From: Patescibacteria group bacterium
Lineage (GTDB): Bacteria; Patescibacteriota; UBA1384; JACPKC01
Assembly (NCBI GenBank): GCA_050944875.1
Contig: JBMNRW010000003.1
Location: forward strand, 32,260 to 96,259
Length of the DNA stretch: 64,000 bases
Direction: 5' to 3'
Shown here: positions 27,609-37,308 of the stretch, one piece after another
Numbering within the stretch: the stretch's first letter is position 1
Layout of the letters: the number at the start of each line of letters is the position of its first letter
The notes under the pieces: model-generated
What the model saw: the letters and a program-made list of their open reading frames with translations, nothing else
Database searches by the model: none
What the model was told of the DNA's origin: nothing
Translations under genes and position numbers: made by a program

Positions 27609-28421
27609 GTGCCAAACGCCCTAGCAGGGTTCACCAAGAAGCGTATTGCATGTGCGCAGCCGTTGGCCGCAAAGCTCGCTAAAGCGCGGAAGCGCAAGGG
27701 CGTGGATCTTCGCGCTGCTGAGCTTGAGACAAAGGTCGCGATGAAGCACCTCCAGGCGCTCGAGCGCGGCGAGTACCACCGCTTACCTGAAGCGGTGTAC
27801 GTTCGTGGGTTCTTGACGCGGTACGCCGCGTTCTTGGGGCTGAAGCCAGAGAGTGTGCTCGCGGATTACGACCAGGAGTACGCGTGCTACCAGCAGGTTC
27901 GACACGTGCGCTCGTCGAAGCTTGGGGCGACCGAGGAGGGGTTGCTTCGACCGCACGTGTCGGACGACTGGTTGAAACAGCGGAAGCAGTGGTACATCAC
28001 GCCGGAGATTCTCTGGGGGAGCGCGCTCTCGAGCTTCGCGCTCATCGTCTTGGGGTACATCTGGTTCCAGGTGACGAGCTTCGCGGCCGCGCCCTCGCTC
28101 GACGTTGTGACACCGGGGAGTGAGCTTCGGGTGGCAGTCGACCTGGTAGAGGTCGCGGGGGTGACCGACCCGGCGGCCAAGCTCAGGATCAACGACCAGC
28201 CGGTCGCTGTGAGCACGGACGGGCACTTCCGCCAGGAGATCCGTCTCCTAGACGGCGTGAACACGATCGAGATCTCGGCGACGAACAAAGCCGAGAAGGA
28301 GACGACGAAGACGCTCCAGCTCTTGGCAGATATCCCCGAAGCCGCCCCAGTTGCGCTCGAGGCCGCTCCCGTGGATGATGGAGCGGGGAACATCGGACAG
28401 GCGGTCGACGCAGCTTTCTAG
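27609..28421 (+). CDS. RodZ-like HTH membrane protein with C-terminal Ig-like domain
   Basis: KLAKARKRKG...LQALERGEY..LPEAVYVRGFLTRYAAFLGL, TM, LLDGVNTIEISATNK; lies between ftsK and recA. Confidence 0.85.
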   Translation: MPNALAGFTKKRIACAQPLAAKLAKARKRKGVDLRAAELETKVAMKHLQALERGEYHRLPEAVYVRGFLTRYAAFLGLKPESVLADYDQEYACYQQVRHVRSSKLGATEEGLLRPHVSDDWLKQRKQWYITPEILWGSALSSFALIVLGYIWFQVTSFAAAPSLDVVTPGSELRVAVDLVEVAGVTDPAAKLRINDQPVAVSTDGHFRQEIRLLDGVNTIEISATNKAEKETTKTLQLLADIPEAAPVALEAAPVDDGAGNIGQAVDAAF

Positions 28422-28525
28422 CCGGTTGCTCGTGGACGGAGGGAACTCGCGATGTGCTCGCCAGTGGCGAGCACGGTTTGTCTCCGGCCACGAACTACCA
28501 GTACTGAGGGGCAGAAGGAGGACGA

Positions 28526-29617
28526 ATGGCCAAAGGTGCAGCAGCTGGGGATATGTCCGCAGCTGAGTCCAAAGCCCGACGGCAGGCGCTCGAAGTCGCG
28601 CTCTCGACGATTGAGAAGCAGTTTGGGAAGGGGTCGATCACGACCCTAGGGGAGAGCCGGGCGCTCGATGTCCAGGTAATCCCGACCGGCGCGCTCTCGC
28701 TCGACCTCGCGCTCGGCGTTGGCGGCGTGCCGCGCGGCCGGATTATTGAAATCTATGGGCCGGAGTCGAGCGGGAAGACGACTTTGTCGATGCACATCGC
28801 CGCGGAGGCGCAGAAGGCGGGCGGGCTCGCCGCGTTCATCGACGCCGAGCACGCGTTCAACCCGGAGTACGCCCGGAACATCGGCTTGAACCTTGAGGAC
28901 CTCCTGGTATCGCAGCCGGACTCTGGTGAGCAGGCCTTAGAGATCGCGGAGACGCTCGTCCGCTCGAACGCGGTCGACGCCATCGTCGTCGACTCGGTGG
29001 CGGCGCTCGTGCCACGGAGCGAGATCGAGGGCGAGATGGGCGAAGCGTCGGTTGGTGTTCAGGCCCGACTCATGAGTCAGGCGCTCCGGAAGCTCACCGC
29101 CGCGGTCGCGAAGTCGAAGACCTGCCTCATCTTCATCAACCAGCTCCGGATGAAGATCGGCGTCATGTTCGGGAACCCGGAGACGACGACCGGCGGTATG
29201 GCGTTGAAGTTCTACTCGTCGGTCCGAATGGAGATTCGGCGGACAGAGCAGCTGAAGGCCGGTGACCGCGTGATCGGGAACCGTGTCAAGGTGAAGATCG
29301 TGAAGAACAAGGTTGCGCCGCCGTTCACCGTCGCGGAGTTCGAGATTATCTACCCGCGCGGCATCTCGGTGGCCGGCGACATCTTGGATCTGGGCGTGAA
29401 GTACGGTTTCATCGAGAAGAGCGGATCGTGGTTTCAAATGGGCGAGGAGCGGTTGGGTCAAGGCCGGGACGCCGCCCGGAGCTTCCTCGAGAATCGGCCG
29501 GAGACCATGGCGAGTCTGCGGACCGAAATCCTCCGCCTCGCGAACGAACCCGTAGACGCGCCGAAGGGGAAGGAACAAGACGCCCCGGCACCTGAGGCGT
29601 CGGATGCAGCGAAGTAG
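28526..29617 (+). CDS. recA: Recombinase A
   Basis: [37 protein letters not shown]. Confidence 0.99.
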   Translation: MAKGAAAGDMSAAESKARRQALEVALSTIEKQFGKGSITTLGESRALDVQVIPTGALSLDLALGVGGVPRGRIIEIYGPESSGKTTLSMHIAAEAQKAGGLAAFIDAEHAFNPEYARNIGLNLEDLLVSQPDSGEQALEIAETLVRSNAVDAIVVDSVAALVPRSEIEGEMGEASVGVQARLMSQALRKLTAAVAKSKTCLIFINQLRMKIGVMFGNPETTTGGMALKFYSSVRMEIRRTEQLKAGDRVIGNRVKVKIVKNKVAPPFTVAEFEIIYPRGISVAGDILDLGVKYGFIEKSGSWFQMGEERLGQGRDAARSFLENRPETMASLRTEILRLANEPVDAPKGKEQDAPAPEASDAAK

Positions 29618-29637
29618 TTGACGAGCGTAGCTGCGCT

Positions 29638-30435
29638 GTGACCATTCACTACATCGGCCTCTCGTCGTTCCTCATTGAGAACGAGCAGGGGTTTCGCATC
29701 CTGGTTGACCCGTTCAACGATGCGCCGGAGTGGCGTCTGGGCCCCATCTTCCCGACGGAGTTTAAGGGGAGGCCGTTCGGTGCCAACATTGTCCTTATGT
29801 CGGAGCCAGACGCCGACCACGCGTACGCACCGGGAGGGTGGCTCCAGCATGCTCCAGCAACGGCAGTGAATAGTAACCCCTTCCCTGGCCTCGATCTTCG
29901 GGGAACAGTCGTGTACGAGCACCAGGGAGACGTCAACATTGCCTGGCACTATACGGTTGACGGACTGAGGCTGGCGCACTTCGCTGACCACTGCCACGTC
30001 CTAACCGCTGAGCAGCTCAGCGAGCTCGGTACGCCAGATATTATTTTTCTGGCGCCACCAAAGGTACAGGGTGAGGCAGCGAAGGAGGCGGTGCGAGAGA
30101 ATATCCGACTACTGAGCCCACAGGTGGTGATCTGGGCCCACCACCTCGCACCACGTACTTTGCCGAAATCAGACGATCCCGAGATCCTCCAGACGTTCTT
30201 CCGACGGTACTTCGAGGAGAATGCGAGTACGAACCAGGGATACACAGACGAGACCAGCTTCATGAGCCTCTGTACGGTGCTCGAGAACGCCATCGCCCTT
30301 AACCATGAGTACGTGGGTCAGACGTTGATTGATCCGGTGCTCGAGGTGAACGATGCGCTGCTCGCTCGAGGGGGAGATCGCCCGCTGAGCATCTTGTTTC
30401 GCGCCATGCTCGCGCGGTCGGCGTCTGCTCAGTAG
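29638..30435 (+). CDS. Metallo-beta-lactamase-fold protein with atypical metal motif
   Basis: IHYIGLSSFLIE...ILVDPF, SEPDADH in place of SHxHxDH, VDGLRLAHFAD. Confidence 0.7.
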   Translation: MTIHYIGLSSFLIENEQGFRILVDPFNDAPEWRLGPIFPTEFKGRPFGANIVLMSEPDADHAYAPGGWLQHAPATAVNSNPFPGLDLRGTVVYEHQGDVNIAWHYTVDGLRLAHFADHCHVLTAEQLSELGTPDIIFLAPPKVQGEAAKEAVRENIRLLSPQVVIWAHHLAPRTLPKSDDPEILQTFFRRYFEENASTNQGYTDETSFMSLCTVLENAIALNHEYVGQTLIDPVLEVNDALLARGGDRPLSILFRAMLARSASAQ

Positions 30436-30525
30436 GTGCTGCGTCGCGCGATTCGGTTGGCCACGCTGCGCAGTGCTCCGCAGATTCCTCTGCTATACTT
30501 ACCGGAGAAGATCGACAGGAGGGCG

Positions 30526-32883
30526 ATGGGGAGAGAGGGCGGAGAGCTCGCGTGGCTCTCGGAGATCGGGAACGCTGACGTCGACCGCGTCGGCGTGAAA
30601 GCGGCGACCTTGGGCGCGTTGGCGGCGAGCGACGTTGACGTGCCGCCCGGCTTCGTGGTGCCGACGACCGCGTTCGCAGCGTTCCTCCATCAGGCCTGCA
30701 TTGAGGCGCAGATCGCGGAGACGCTCGACGGCCTCGATGCGTCGGATGCGCGTCGGCTCCACCAGGCCGCTAGGACGATCCAGGACGCGATTCTTAGTGC
30801 GCCGACTGATCCAGGCCTCGAGGCAGCGATTCTCGGAGCCTACGACCGATTACGGGCGTCTGGCGGGCTGCAGGTTGCGGTCCGGCCATCAGTCGTTACT
30901 CATGACCTGCCGAGCCCTGCGCTCGCCGGGCAGCAGAAGTCATTCCTCGGCGTGGCAGGCGCGACACGAATTCTCGACGCCGTGAAGCACGTCTGGGCGA
31001 GCCTGTACACCGCCCGATCGCTGTACTACCGGCTCCATCACTCGAAGGAGTCGCCGGTCGTCCACCTGGCGGTGCTCGTGCAGGCGATGGTGCCGGCCCG
31101 GGTTGCCGGCGTCCTCTCGACGACCGACCTGACGGGCGGGGACCGGCAGCAGTTCCGTGTCGAGGCAGCCTGGGGGCTCGGGGAGGCGGTGACGGAAGGG
31201 CTGTTGACACCTGACCAGTACCTCCTCGACCGGGAAACCGGCAGGGTGCTCGAGCAGACCGTTGTTCGTCAGCCGTGGCAGCTCGAGAAGCCGTCGGGCG
31301 AGCACCAGCTCCGCCACGTCCCGGTTCCGGCTTCTCGGCAAGACGTCGCCAAGCTCAATCCTGAGGAGCTCCACTCGCTCTGGGAGGCGGCGACCGCTAT
31401 CCTCAAGCACCAGGGTGGCGACCGCGAGATCGAGTGGGCATTTGCTGACGACCGGCTTCTTATTCTCGAAGCCCGACCGATTCAGTCGGTTGTCCGTGCC
31501 GTACGCGTTCGCGGCGAGCATGATCGCCAGGCACGAACCCCGCGTATCCCGCTCCTCACCGGCCGGTCGGCGAGCCTGGGCGTCGCGACTGGTTCCGTCC
31601 GGATTATCCACTCGACGGATGAGCTCGACCGCGTGCGCGCCGGCGACGTTCTGGTCGCCGAGACGACGAGCCCAGACTTCCTCCCCGCGCTCGAGCGGGC
31701 GGCTGCGCTCGTGACGAACGAGGGTGGGCGGACGAGCCACGCGGCACTCGTCGCGCAGGAGTTCGGCATCCCGGCGGTTGTCGGGACAGGGACCGCCACG
31801 CACCTCCTCCACGAGGGGCAGGTCGTGACGGTCGACGGCGGGAGCGGCCAGGTGTTCCGCGGCAAGCTCGTACTTCCGCACGCGGACGCGGCGGCGCTCC
31901 GTCCGACGCCACGGCACCGTCGTGAGGCGCCCCGGACAGCGACGAAGGTACTCGTGAACCTCGCGAACCCGGCACACGCGAAGGAAGCGGCCCAACTCCC
32001 GGTGGACGGCGTCGGCCTCCTCCGGGCAGAGTTCATGGTCGCCCGCCTGCACAAGCACCCGAAGGCGTTCGTCGCCGAGGGGAAGCGCGCCGAGTACGTC
32101 CGCGCACTCGCCCAGGGCATCGAGGCGTTTGCGAGCGCGTTCCACCCGCACCCGGTCGTGTACCGAGCGAGTGACTTCAAGACGAACGAGTACCGGGGAC
32201 TCCCAGGTGGCGCCCAGTACGAGCCGGCGGAGGAGAACCCGATGCTCGGGTACCGTGGCACGCTCCGCTACCTCCAGGAACCCGACCTCTTCCGCGCCGA
32301 GCTCGAGGCGCTCATGGAAGTGCGGGGGCGGCGCGGCTTCGACAACGTCTCGCTCATGCTCCCGTTCGTCCGGACGGTTGAGGAGTTTCAGCGCGCCAAG
32401 GCGCTCGTCGACGCGAGTGGGCTCACCGCTGACCGACGGTTCAAGCTCCTCATGATGTGCGAGGTGCCGAGCAACGTGTTCCTCATCGAGTCGTTCCTCG
32501 ACGCCGGCGTCCAGGGGATCTCGATCGGGACGAACGATCTGACGCAGCTCATCCTCGGCGTCGATCGCGACAACGCGCACCTGGCGGACCACTTCGACGA
32601 GAACGACCCGGCCGTCAAGGCGGCGATCCGCCACGTCGTCGCGGCCTGCCGGGCACGCCACATCTCGGTGTCGGCGTGCGGGGACGCGGTTAGTCGCTCA
32701 CCAGCGTTCGCGGAGTTCCTCGTCGAGGAGGGAGTGACGAGCGTCTCGGTCCGACCTGATACCGCGGTCGTGGTCCGCGAGCTCGTCGCCTCGATCGAGC
32801 ACCAGCTCCATCGGACGACCTCGCGACCAGGAGCGCGTACGCTCACTGGCGCGCCGCTCCGTTCGGCCGTGCGGACAGCCTGA
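30526..32883 (+). CDS. ppsA: Phosphoenolpyruvate synthase (pyruvate, water dikinase)
   Basis: EAAWGLGEAV, EIEWA, GGRTSHAA (phospho-His), GVGLLRAEF, EENPMLGYRG, SIGTNDLTQL; ATG 30526 after AGGAGGG. Confidence 0.92.
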   Translation: MGREGGELAWLSEIGNADVDRVGVKAATLGALAASDVDVPPGFVVPTTAFAAFLHQACIEAQIAETLDGLDASDARRLHQAARTIQDAILSAPTDPGLEAAILGAYDRLRASGGLQVAVRPSVVTHDLPSPALAGQQKSFLGVAGATRILDAVKHVWASLYTARSLYYRLHHSKESPVVHLAVLVQAMVPARVAGVLSTTDLTGGDRQQFRVEAAWGLGEAVTEGLLTPDQYLLDRETGRVLEQTVVRQPWQLEKPSGEHQLRHVPVPASRQDVAKLNPEELHSLWEAATAILKHQGGDREIEWAFADDRLLILEARPIQSVVRAVRVRGEHDRQARTPRIPLLTGRSASLGVATGSVRIIHSTDELDRVRAGDVLVAETTSPDFLPALERAAALVTNEGGRTSHAALVAQEFGIPAVVGTGTATHLLHEGQVVTVDGGSGQVFRGKLVLPHADAAALRPTPRHRREAPRTATKVLVNLANPAHAKEAAQLPVDGVGLLRAEFMVARLHKHPKAFVAEGKRAEYVRALAQGIEAFASAFHPHPVVYRASDFKTNEYRGLPGGAQYEPAEENPMLGYRGTLRYLQEPDLFRAELEALMEVRGRRGFDNVSLMLPFVRTVEEFQRAKALVDASGLTADRRFKLLMMCEVPSNVFLIESFLDAGVQGISIGTNDLTQLILGVDRDNAHLADHFDENDPAVKAAIRHVVAACRARHISVSACGDAVSRSPAFAEFLVEEGVTSVSVRPDTAVVVRELVASIEHQLHRTTSRPGARTLTGAPLRSAVRTA

Positions 32884-32928
32884 CCCGCCTTGTTCTTGGG
32901 GTCTCGATCCTCTATACTTTCCCCGTTC

Positions 32929-33018
32929 GGTGAGGTGGCAGAGTGGCCGAATGCAACGCACTGCTAATGCGTTGGCCTCGTAAGGGGCCCGTGGGTTCGA
33001 ATCCCACCCTCACCGCCA
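32929..33018 (+). tRNA. tRNA-Ser(GCT)
   Basis: GGTGAGG/CCTCACC acceptor, anticodon loop CTGCTAA, long variable arm, GTTCGAATC, encoded CCA. Confidence 0.96.
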
Positions 33019-33032
33019 CGCCGTTCATACAT

Positions 33033-33056
33033 CCCGTAGCTACTTCGTAGCTCCTG
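33033..33056 (+). repeat. 24-bp repeat copy 1 (CCCGTAGCTACTTCGTAGCTCCTG)
   Basis: Identical to 33209-33232; contains AGCTAC-TTC-GTAGCT hairpin. Confidence 0.9.
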
Positions 33057-33105
33057 GACGCGCTCGCACTCCTCCGCACGCGAGCGTCGTAGCATTGACT
33101 CGCTT

Positions 33106-33182
33106 GTCCCCGTAGCTCAGCTGGATAGAGCGTCAGCTTGCGGAGCTGAAGGCCACAGGTTCGAATCCTGTCGGGGACGCCA
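33106..33182 (+). tRNA. tRNA-Arg(GCG)
   Basis: GTCCCCG/CGGGGAC acceptor, TCAGC-TTGCGGA-GCTGA anticodon arm, TTCGAAT, CCA. Confidence 0.95.
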
Positions 33183-33208
33183 GAATTTTTGCGTCAGGTG
33201 GCTATGCG

Positions 33209-33232
33209 CCCGTAGCTACTTCGTAGCTCCTG
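33209..33232 (+). repeat. 24-bp repeat copy 2
   Basis: Identical to 33033-33056. Confidence 0.9.
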
Positions 33233-33259
33233 CGCTTGCTCGGTGTATTTCGCTCACTT

Positions 33260-33335
33260 GCGCCCGTAGCTCAGCGGATAGAGCGTCAGGTTCCGGACCT
33301 GAAGGTCGGGGGTTCAAGTCCCTCCGGGCGCGCCA
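33260..33335 (+). tRNA. tRNA-Arg(CCG)
   Basis: GCGCCCG/CGGGCGC acceptor, TCAGG-TTCCGGA-CCTGA, TTCAAGT, CCA. Confidence 0.95.
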
Positions 33336-33390
33336 CTCCACGATTAAGATCGCACCGCTCTTCGGCGGTGCGTTGCCGTATACTACCCCC

Positions 33391-34857
33391 ATGACTGCAT
33401 CATCGAACTTCGCGCGCCAGGTCTTCTCGAACACGCTCGTCCAGTTCGCTGGGCGGGTAGGGACGACGCTGCTCGGGATTGCCTCGGTTGCACTTCTCAC
33501 CCGCGCGCTCGGCGTCGCCGGGTACGGCGAGTACACGACGGCGTTCGCTTTCGTCTCGTTCTTCGCGGTCGTCGCCGACGCTGGGTTTTTCGTTATCCTT
33601 CTCCGAGAACTCTCGAAGGAAGGGTCGGACCAGTCGCGATTGGTCCGGAACGTTTTAACTGCGCGGACGGTATTAGGGATCTTTGTATTTGGCCTCGCCG
33701 CGCTCGCCGGGACGCTCATCCCGCAGTACACATCGTCAGTTCGGCTCGGGATCGCCGTGCTCTCATTCGCCTCACTCTGGCTTGTCATGAACCAGACGGT
33801 TGTCGCCGTGTTCCAGCGACACCTGAAGATGGGCTACGCCGTCCTGGCGGAGCTTGCCGGCCGGGCGCTGCTGTTCGGGTTACTCTGGCTCATCGTGGTG
33901 CAAGGGGGCTCGTTCGCTGCGGTGATGTGGGCCTACGTCGTGGCGAACGTCGTGAACTTCCTCCTGACAGCCGCGTTTGCTCGACGGTTCGTGTCGCTTC
34001 GCCCCGCGTTCGACTTCGATCTCTGGCAGCAGGTCGCGCGCGAGGCGCTACCAGTCGGCATTGTGCTCGTGCTCCACGTCATCTACTTCAAGGTCGACGC
34101 GCTGCTCATCTCGCTCATGAAAGGCAGCGTCGACGTTGGGATCTACGGTGCGCCGTACAAGGTAGTTGAAGTACTCCTCACGATCCCGACGATGTTCCTC
34201 GGGAATCTCTTCCCGTCGTTCACCGCACTCCTCTCTCGGCAGGATGCGGGCGCTGAGGCGCTCTACCAGCAGGCGTTCCGTGTTCTCGCGCTCGTGGCGG
34301 CGCCGATCGCTATTCTTGGCGCGGTGTTCGCGTCGCCGGCACTTGAGCTCGTCGCTGGTGAGGCGTACGTAACGACGTCGACAGTCGAGTGGCTCGGGGC
34401 GCCGGCGACCGGGGCAACAACCCTGCAACTCCTCTTCGTCGCTGTCGGGATAGCGTTCTTCTCGGCGCTCGCGAACTACGTGCTCGTCGCCGCCGGCCGC
34501 CAGCGGGCGCTCGTGCTGCCGAACCTGGCCTTTGTTGTGGTGAACGTCGGCGCGAACCTACTCCTTATCCCATCGCTCTCGTACGTCGGCGCGGCGCTCG
34601 CGACGATTCTCACCGAGCTCGTCGCGGCAGCGACGTTGCTTAGTCTCGTCCGGCGTTGGATCGGACTCAGTGTCCCTCTTGGGGCGGTGGCGACTCCGCT
34701 CTTAAGTGCGGGCGCCGCGGCACTGCTCGGCAGTATCCTGCTCTCAAATTCGTTCTCCGTTGCTGTGCTTGCGAGCGCTACGACGTACGGCGCGCTCGTC
34801 TGGTGGCTTGGCGCGCTCCCGCCGGTGCTCGTGCAGCTCAGCCGTGGCCGACGCTAG
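33391..34857 (+). CDS. Wzx/MOP-family polysaccharide flippase 1
   Basis: Many TM segments, LTRALGVAGYGEY, IYFKVDALLI, VGIYGAPYK, ANLLLIP. Confidence 0.9.
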   Translation: MTASSNFARQVFSNTLVQFAGRVGTTLLGIASVALLTRALGVAGYGEYTTAFAFVSFFAVVADAGFFVILLRELSKEGSDQSRLVRNVLTARTVLGIFVFGLAALAGTLIPQYTSSVRLGIAVLSFASLWLVMNQTVVAVFQRHLKMGYAVLAELAGRALLFGLLWLIVVQGGSFAAVMWAYVVANVVNFLLTAAFARRFVSLRPAFDFDLWQQVAREALPVGIVLVLHVIYFKVDALLISLMKGSVDVGIYGAPYKVVEVLLTIPTMFLGNLFPSFTALLSRQDAGAEALYQQAFRVLALVAAPIAILGAVFASPALELVAGEAYVTTSTVEWLGAPATGATTLQLLFVAVGIAFFSALANYVLVAAGRQRALVLPNLAFVVVNVGANLLLIPSLSYVGAALATILTELVAAATLLSLVRRWIGLSVPLGAVATPLLSAGAAALLGSILLSNSFSVAVLASATTYGALVWWLGALPPVLVQLSRGRR

Positions 34858-34890
34858 TCACGGCTGGAAAAACTCGCTACGCTTCCCGTG

Positions 34891-35991
34891 ATGCGCATCG
34901 CAATCGACATGCAGACGACGCTCGCCCAGAAGACGGGGATGGGCTTCTACGTCCAGAACCTCGTTGACACGCTCGAGCGGCTCGACCGGACGCACGAGTA
35001 CGCGAAGATCCTGCCGAGTACGGAGCAAGACTTTAACTCTGCTCGGCGCTGGTGGTGGGACCAGGTCGGGTTCCCGCGGGCCGCAGCGGCGAGCGGCGCC
35101 GACCTTTGGCATCAGCCAGCGTTCTCAGCGCCGATCAGACACGGGAAGCCCCTCGTTGTGACGATCCACGACCTCATCGCGATCCACTTCGCCGAGGATA
35201 TTCCACTCGGGAGCCGGCTCTACTTCGGGAAGTGGATGCCGTTCTCGTACCGGTTCGCCGACCACATCATCGCGATCTCTGCGTACACGAAGCGCGACGT
35301 TATGGCGCTCCTCGGCTTGCCAGACGAGAAGATTACCGTCATCCACGAAGCAGCAGACGAGGTGTTCCGGCCGATCCGGGAGCGCGACGAGCTCGAGCGG
35401 GTCCGGGCGAAGTACAAGACCGGGAGCCGCTACATCCTCCACGTCGGGACACTCAACCCGCGGAAAAACCTCGAGTTTCTCGTTCGGGTATTCGCCGTTG
35501 CGCGGAAGAAGGTTGGCCCGAGCTGGAAGCTCGTCATTACGGGGAAGAAGGGGTGGTACTACGAAGGTCTCTTCCGGGCGGTCGCTGAGCTCGGTCTTCA
35601 GGATTCGGTGGTGTTCACGGGGTACGTCGACGAGGCCGATAAGCCAGCGCTCTACAACGCGGCATCAATCTTCGCCTTCCCCTCACTCTTCGAGGGAGCG
35701 GGTCTCCCGCCAGTCGAAGCGATGCGCTGCGGCGTGCCGGTTGTGAGCTCGAACACCTCCTCGCTCCCCGAGATGGTCGGCGCAGGCGGCATCCTCCTGT
35801 CGCCAACCGATATGAAAGGTTGGGTCAGGGCACTGACGAGCCTGATGACGGACGCATCACTGCGCCGTGAGTATGCCGCGAAGGGCCAGAAGCAGGCGAA
35901 GCGGTTCAGCTGGGATCGGACGGCGCGTGAGACGATCGCCGTGTACGAGCGCGTGCTCGCTCGTCACGGCAGCGCGACTTCTCCCAGGTAA
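34891..35991 (+). CDS. GT4-family glycosyltransferase 1
   Basis: MRIAID, TIHDL, GTLNPRKN, FPSLFEGAGLPPVEAM, FSWDRTA. Confidence 0.93.
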   Translation: MRIAIDMQTTLAQKTGMGFYVQNLVDTLERLDRTHEYAKILPSTEQDFNSARRWWWDQVGFPRAAAASGADLWHQPAFSAPIRHGKPLVVTIHDLIAIHFAEDIPLGSRLYFGKWMPFSYRFADHIIAISAYTKRDVMALLGLPDEKITVIHEAADEVFRPIRERDELERVRAKYKTGSRYILHVGTLNPRKNLEFLVRVFAVARKKVGPSWKLVITGKKGWYYEGLFRAVAELGLQDSVVFTGYVDEADKPALYNAASIFAFPSLFEGAGLPPVEAMRCGVPVVSSNTSSLPEMVGAGGILLSPTDMKGWVRALTSLMTDASLRREYAAKGQKQAKRFSWDRTARETIAVYERVLARHGSATSPR

Positions 35992-36014
35992 GCGACTCCT
36001 GGTATACTGCCCAC

Positions 36015-37304
36015 ATGGGATTGAAGTCCTTCCTCCGCGCGCTCGCGCCGCAGCCGCTGATGCGCGCGTACTACTGGTGCATCGCGGTGCTCGTAAACGT
36101 CTTCTTCTGGTTCCCTGGTCGTCAGCTCCGGGTGTTCGCGGTCACCGGGACGAACGGGAAGACGACGACGAGCCTCCTCCTGTACCGCATCTTGACCGCT
36201 GCGCGTCGTCGGACCGGACTCATGACTACCGTCCGGTTCTCCGACGGGAAGCGGTTCTGGCGTAACGACACGAAGATGGGGACGCAGAGCCCACTCCGGC
36301 TCCAGTCGCTGCTCCGACGAATGGTGCGGAACCGGGCGACTGACGCTGTCCTCGAGACGACGAGCATTGGCCTCGACCAGCAGCGTGCCTGGGGCGTGCC
36401 GGTCGACACCGCCGTCCTGACGAACTTCACGCTTGACCACCTCGAGTACCACGGGACCAAGGAGGCGTACCGCCTCGCGAAAGAACGCCTATTCGCACTC
36501 CCGCACCGTGTCTCGGTCGTGAACGGCGAGGATCCATCGCAGCACCACTTCCTGAAGTACCCAGCGGTCCGTAAGCTCAAGTTCGCGATCGACAAGGAGG
36601 CAGACGTCGTCGCTCGTGGTATCCGCGAGCGGATGGACGGGACGCAGTTCCGACTTGAAGTCGGGCAGGAGAGCGTCGAGATCCACCTCCGGCTCATCGG
36701 CCGGTTCAACGTCGAGAACGCGCTCGCCGCTGCTGCAGCTGCGGTCGGGGCGAACATCTCGCTCGACGCCATCAAAGAGGGGCTCGAGTCGCTCGAGGTA
36801 TCGCCCGGTCGGATGGAGCTCGTCGACTGCGGCCAGCCGTTCGGGGTCATGATCGACTACGCGCACACGCCCGACGGTCTGAAGAAGGTGTTTGACGCGG
36901 TCCGGCCGCTCGTCAAAGGCCGCTTGATCGCGGTCGGCGGCGCGACGGGGAACCGGTACCCGGAAAAGCGTCCGATTATGGGCGCGCTCATGGGGCAGTA
37001 CGCGGACGTCGTCATCGTCACGGACGAGGATCCGTACGACGAAGATCCGGCCGCGATCATGGCCGAGGTGGTCCGTGGGGTGAAGAGGGGCGGGGGGCGA
37101 AAGAAGCAGTTCGAGCACGGCGAGAACTTCTTCACGGTTCTCGACCGGGCTGAGGCGATTGAGGCGGCGATCCGGCTCGCGAAGCCGAACGACCTCGTCC
37201 TTATTACCGGGAAGGGAGACGAGGGGGTAATGGTTGTCGCTGGTGGTCGCCACGTCCCGCACTCGGACCGCGCCGTCGTGCAGTCGGCGCTCAAGCGGCG
37301 GTAG
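36015..37304 (+). CDS. murE: UDP-MurNAc-tripeptide synthetase (MurE, lacking N-terminal domain)
   Basis: VTGTNGKTTT, LETTS, DHLEYH, GRFNVEN, PGRME, DYAHTPD, TDEDPY, ITGKG. Confidence 0.88.
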   Translation: MGLKSFLRALAPQPLMRAYYWCIAVLVNVFFWFPGRQLRVFAVTGTNGKTTTSLLLYRILTAARRRTGLMTTVRFSDGKRFWRNDTKMGTQSPLRLQSLLRRMVRNRATDAVLETTSIGLDQQRAWGVPVDTAVLTNFTLDHLEYHGTKEAYRLAKERLFALPHRVSVVNGEDPSQHHFLKYPAVRKLKFAIDKEADVVARGIRERMDGTQFRLEVGQESVEIHLRLIGRFNVENALAAAAAAVGANISLDAIKEGLESLEVSPGRMELVDCGQPFGVMIDYAHTPDGLKKVFDAVRPLVKGRLIAVGGATGNRYPEKRPIMGALMGQYADVVIVTDEDPYDEDPAAIMAEVVRGVKRGGGRKKQFEHGENFFTVLDRAEAIEAAIRLAKPNDLVLITGKGDEGVMVVAGGRHVPHSDRAVVQSALKRR

Positions 37305-37308
37305 GGCG

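Noticed and set aside
30526-31500. Substitutions in the PpsA nucleotide-binding domain (GVK, AVRPSV, ILEARP) as inactivation
   Set aside because: Key Lys, Arg and Glu residues and the phospho-His motif are retained; loss of function cannot be supported by eye.
33033-33232. 24-bp direct repeats as a CRISPR mini-array
   Set aside because: Only two copies, separated by a tRNA gene; no cas genes.
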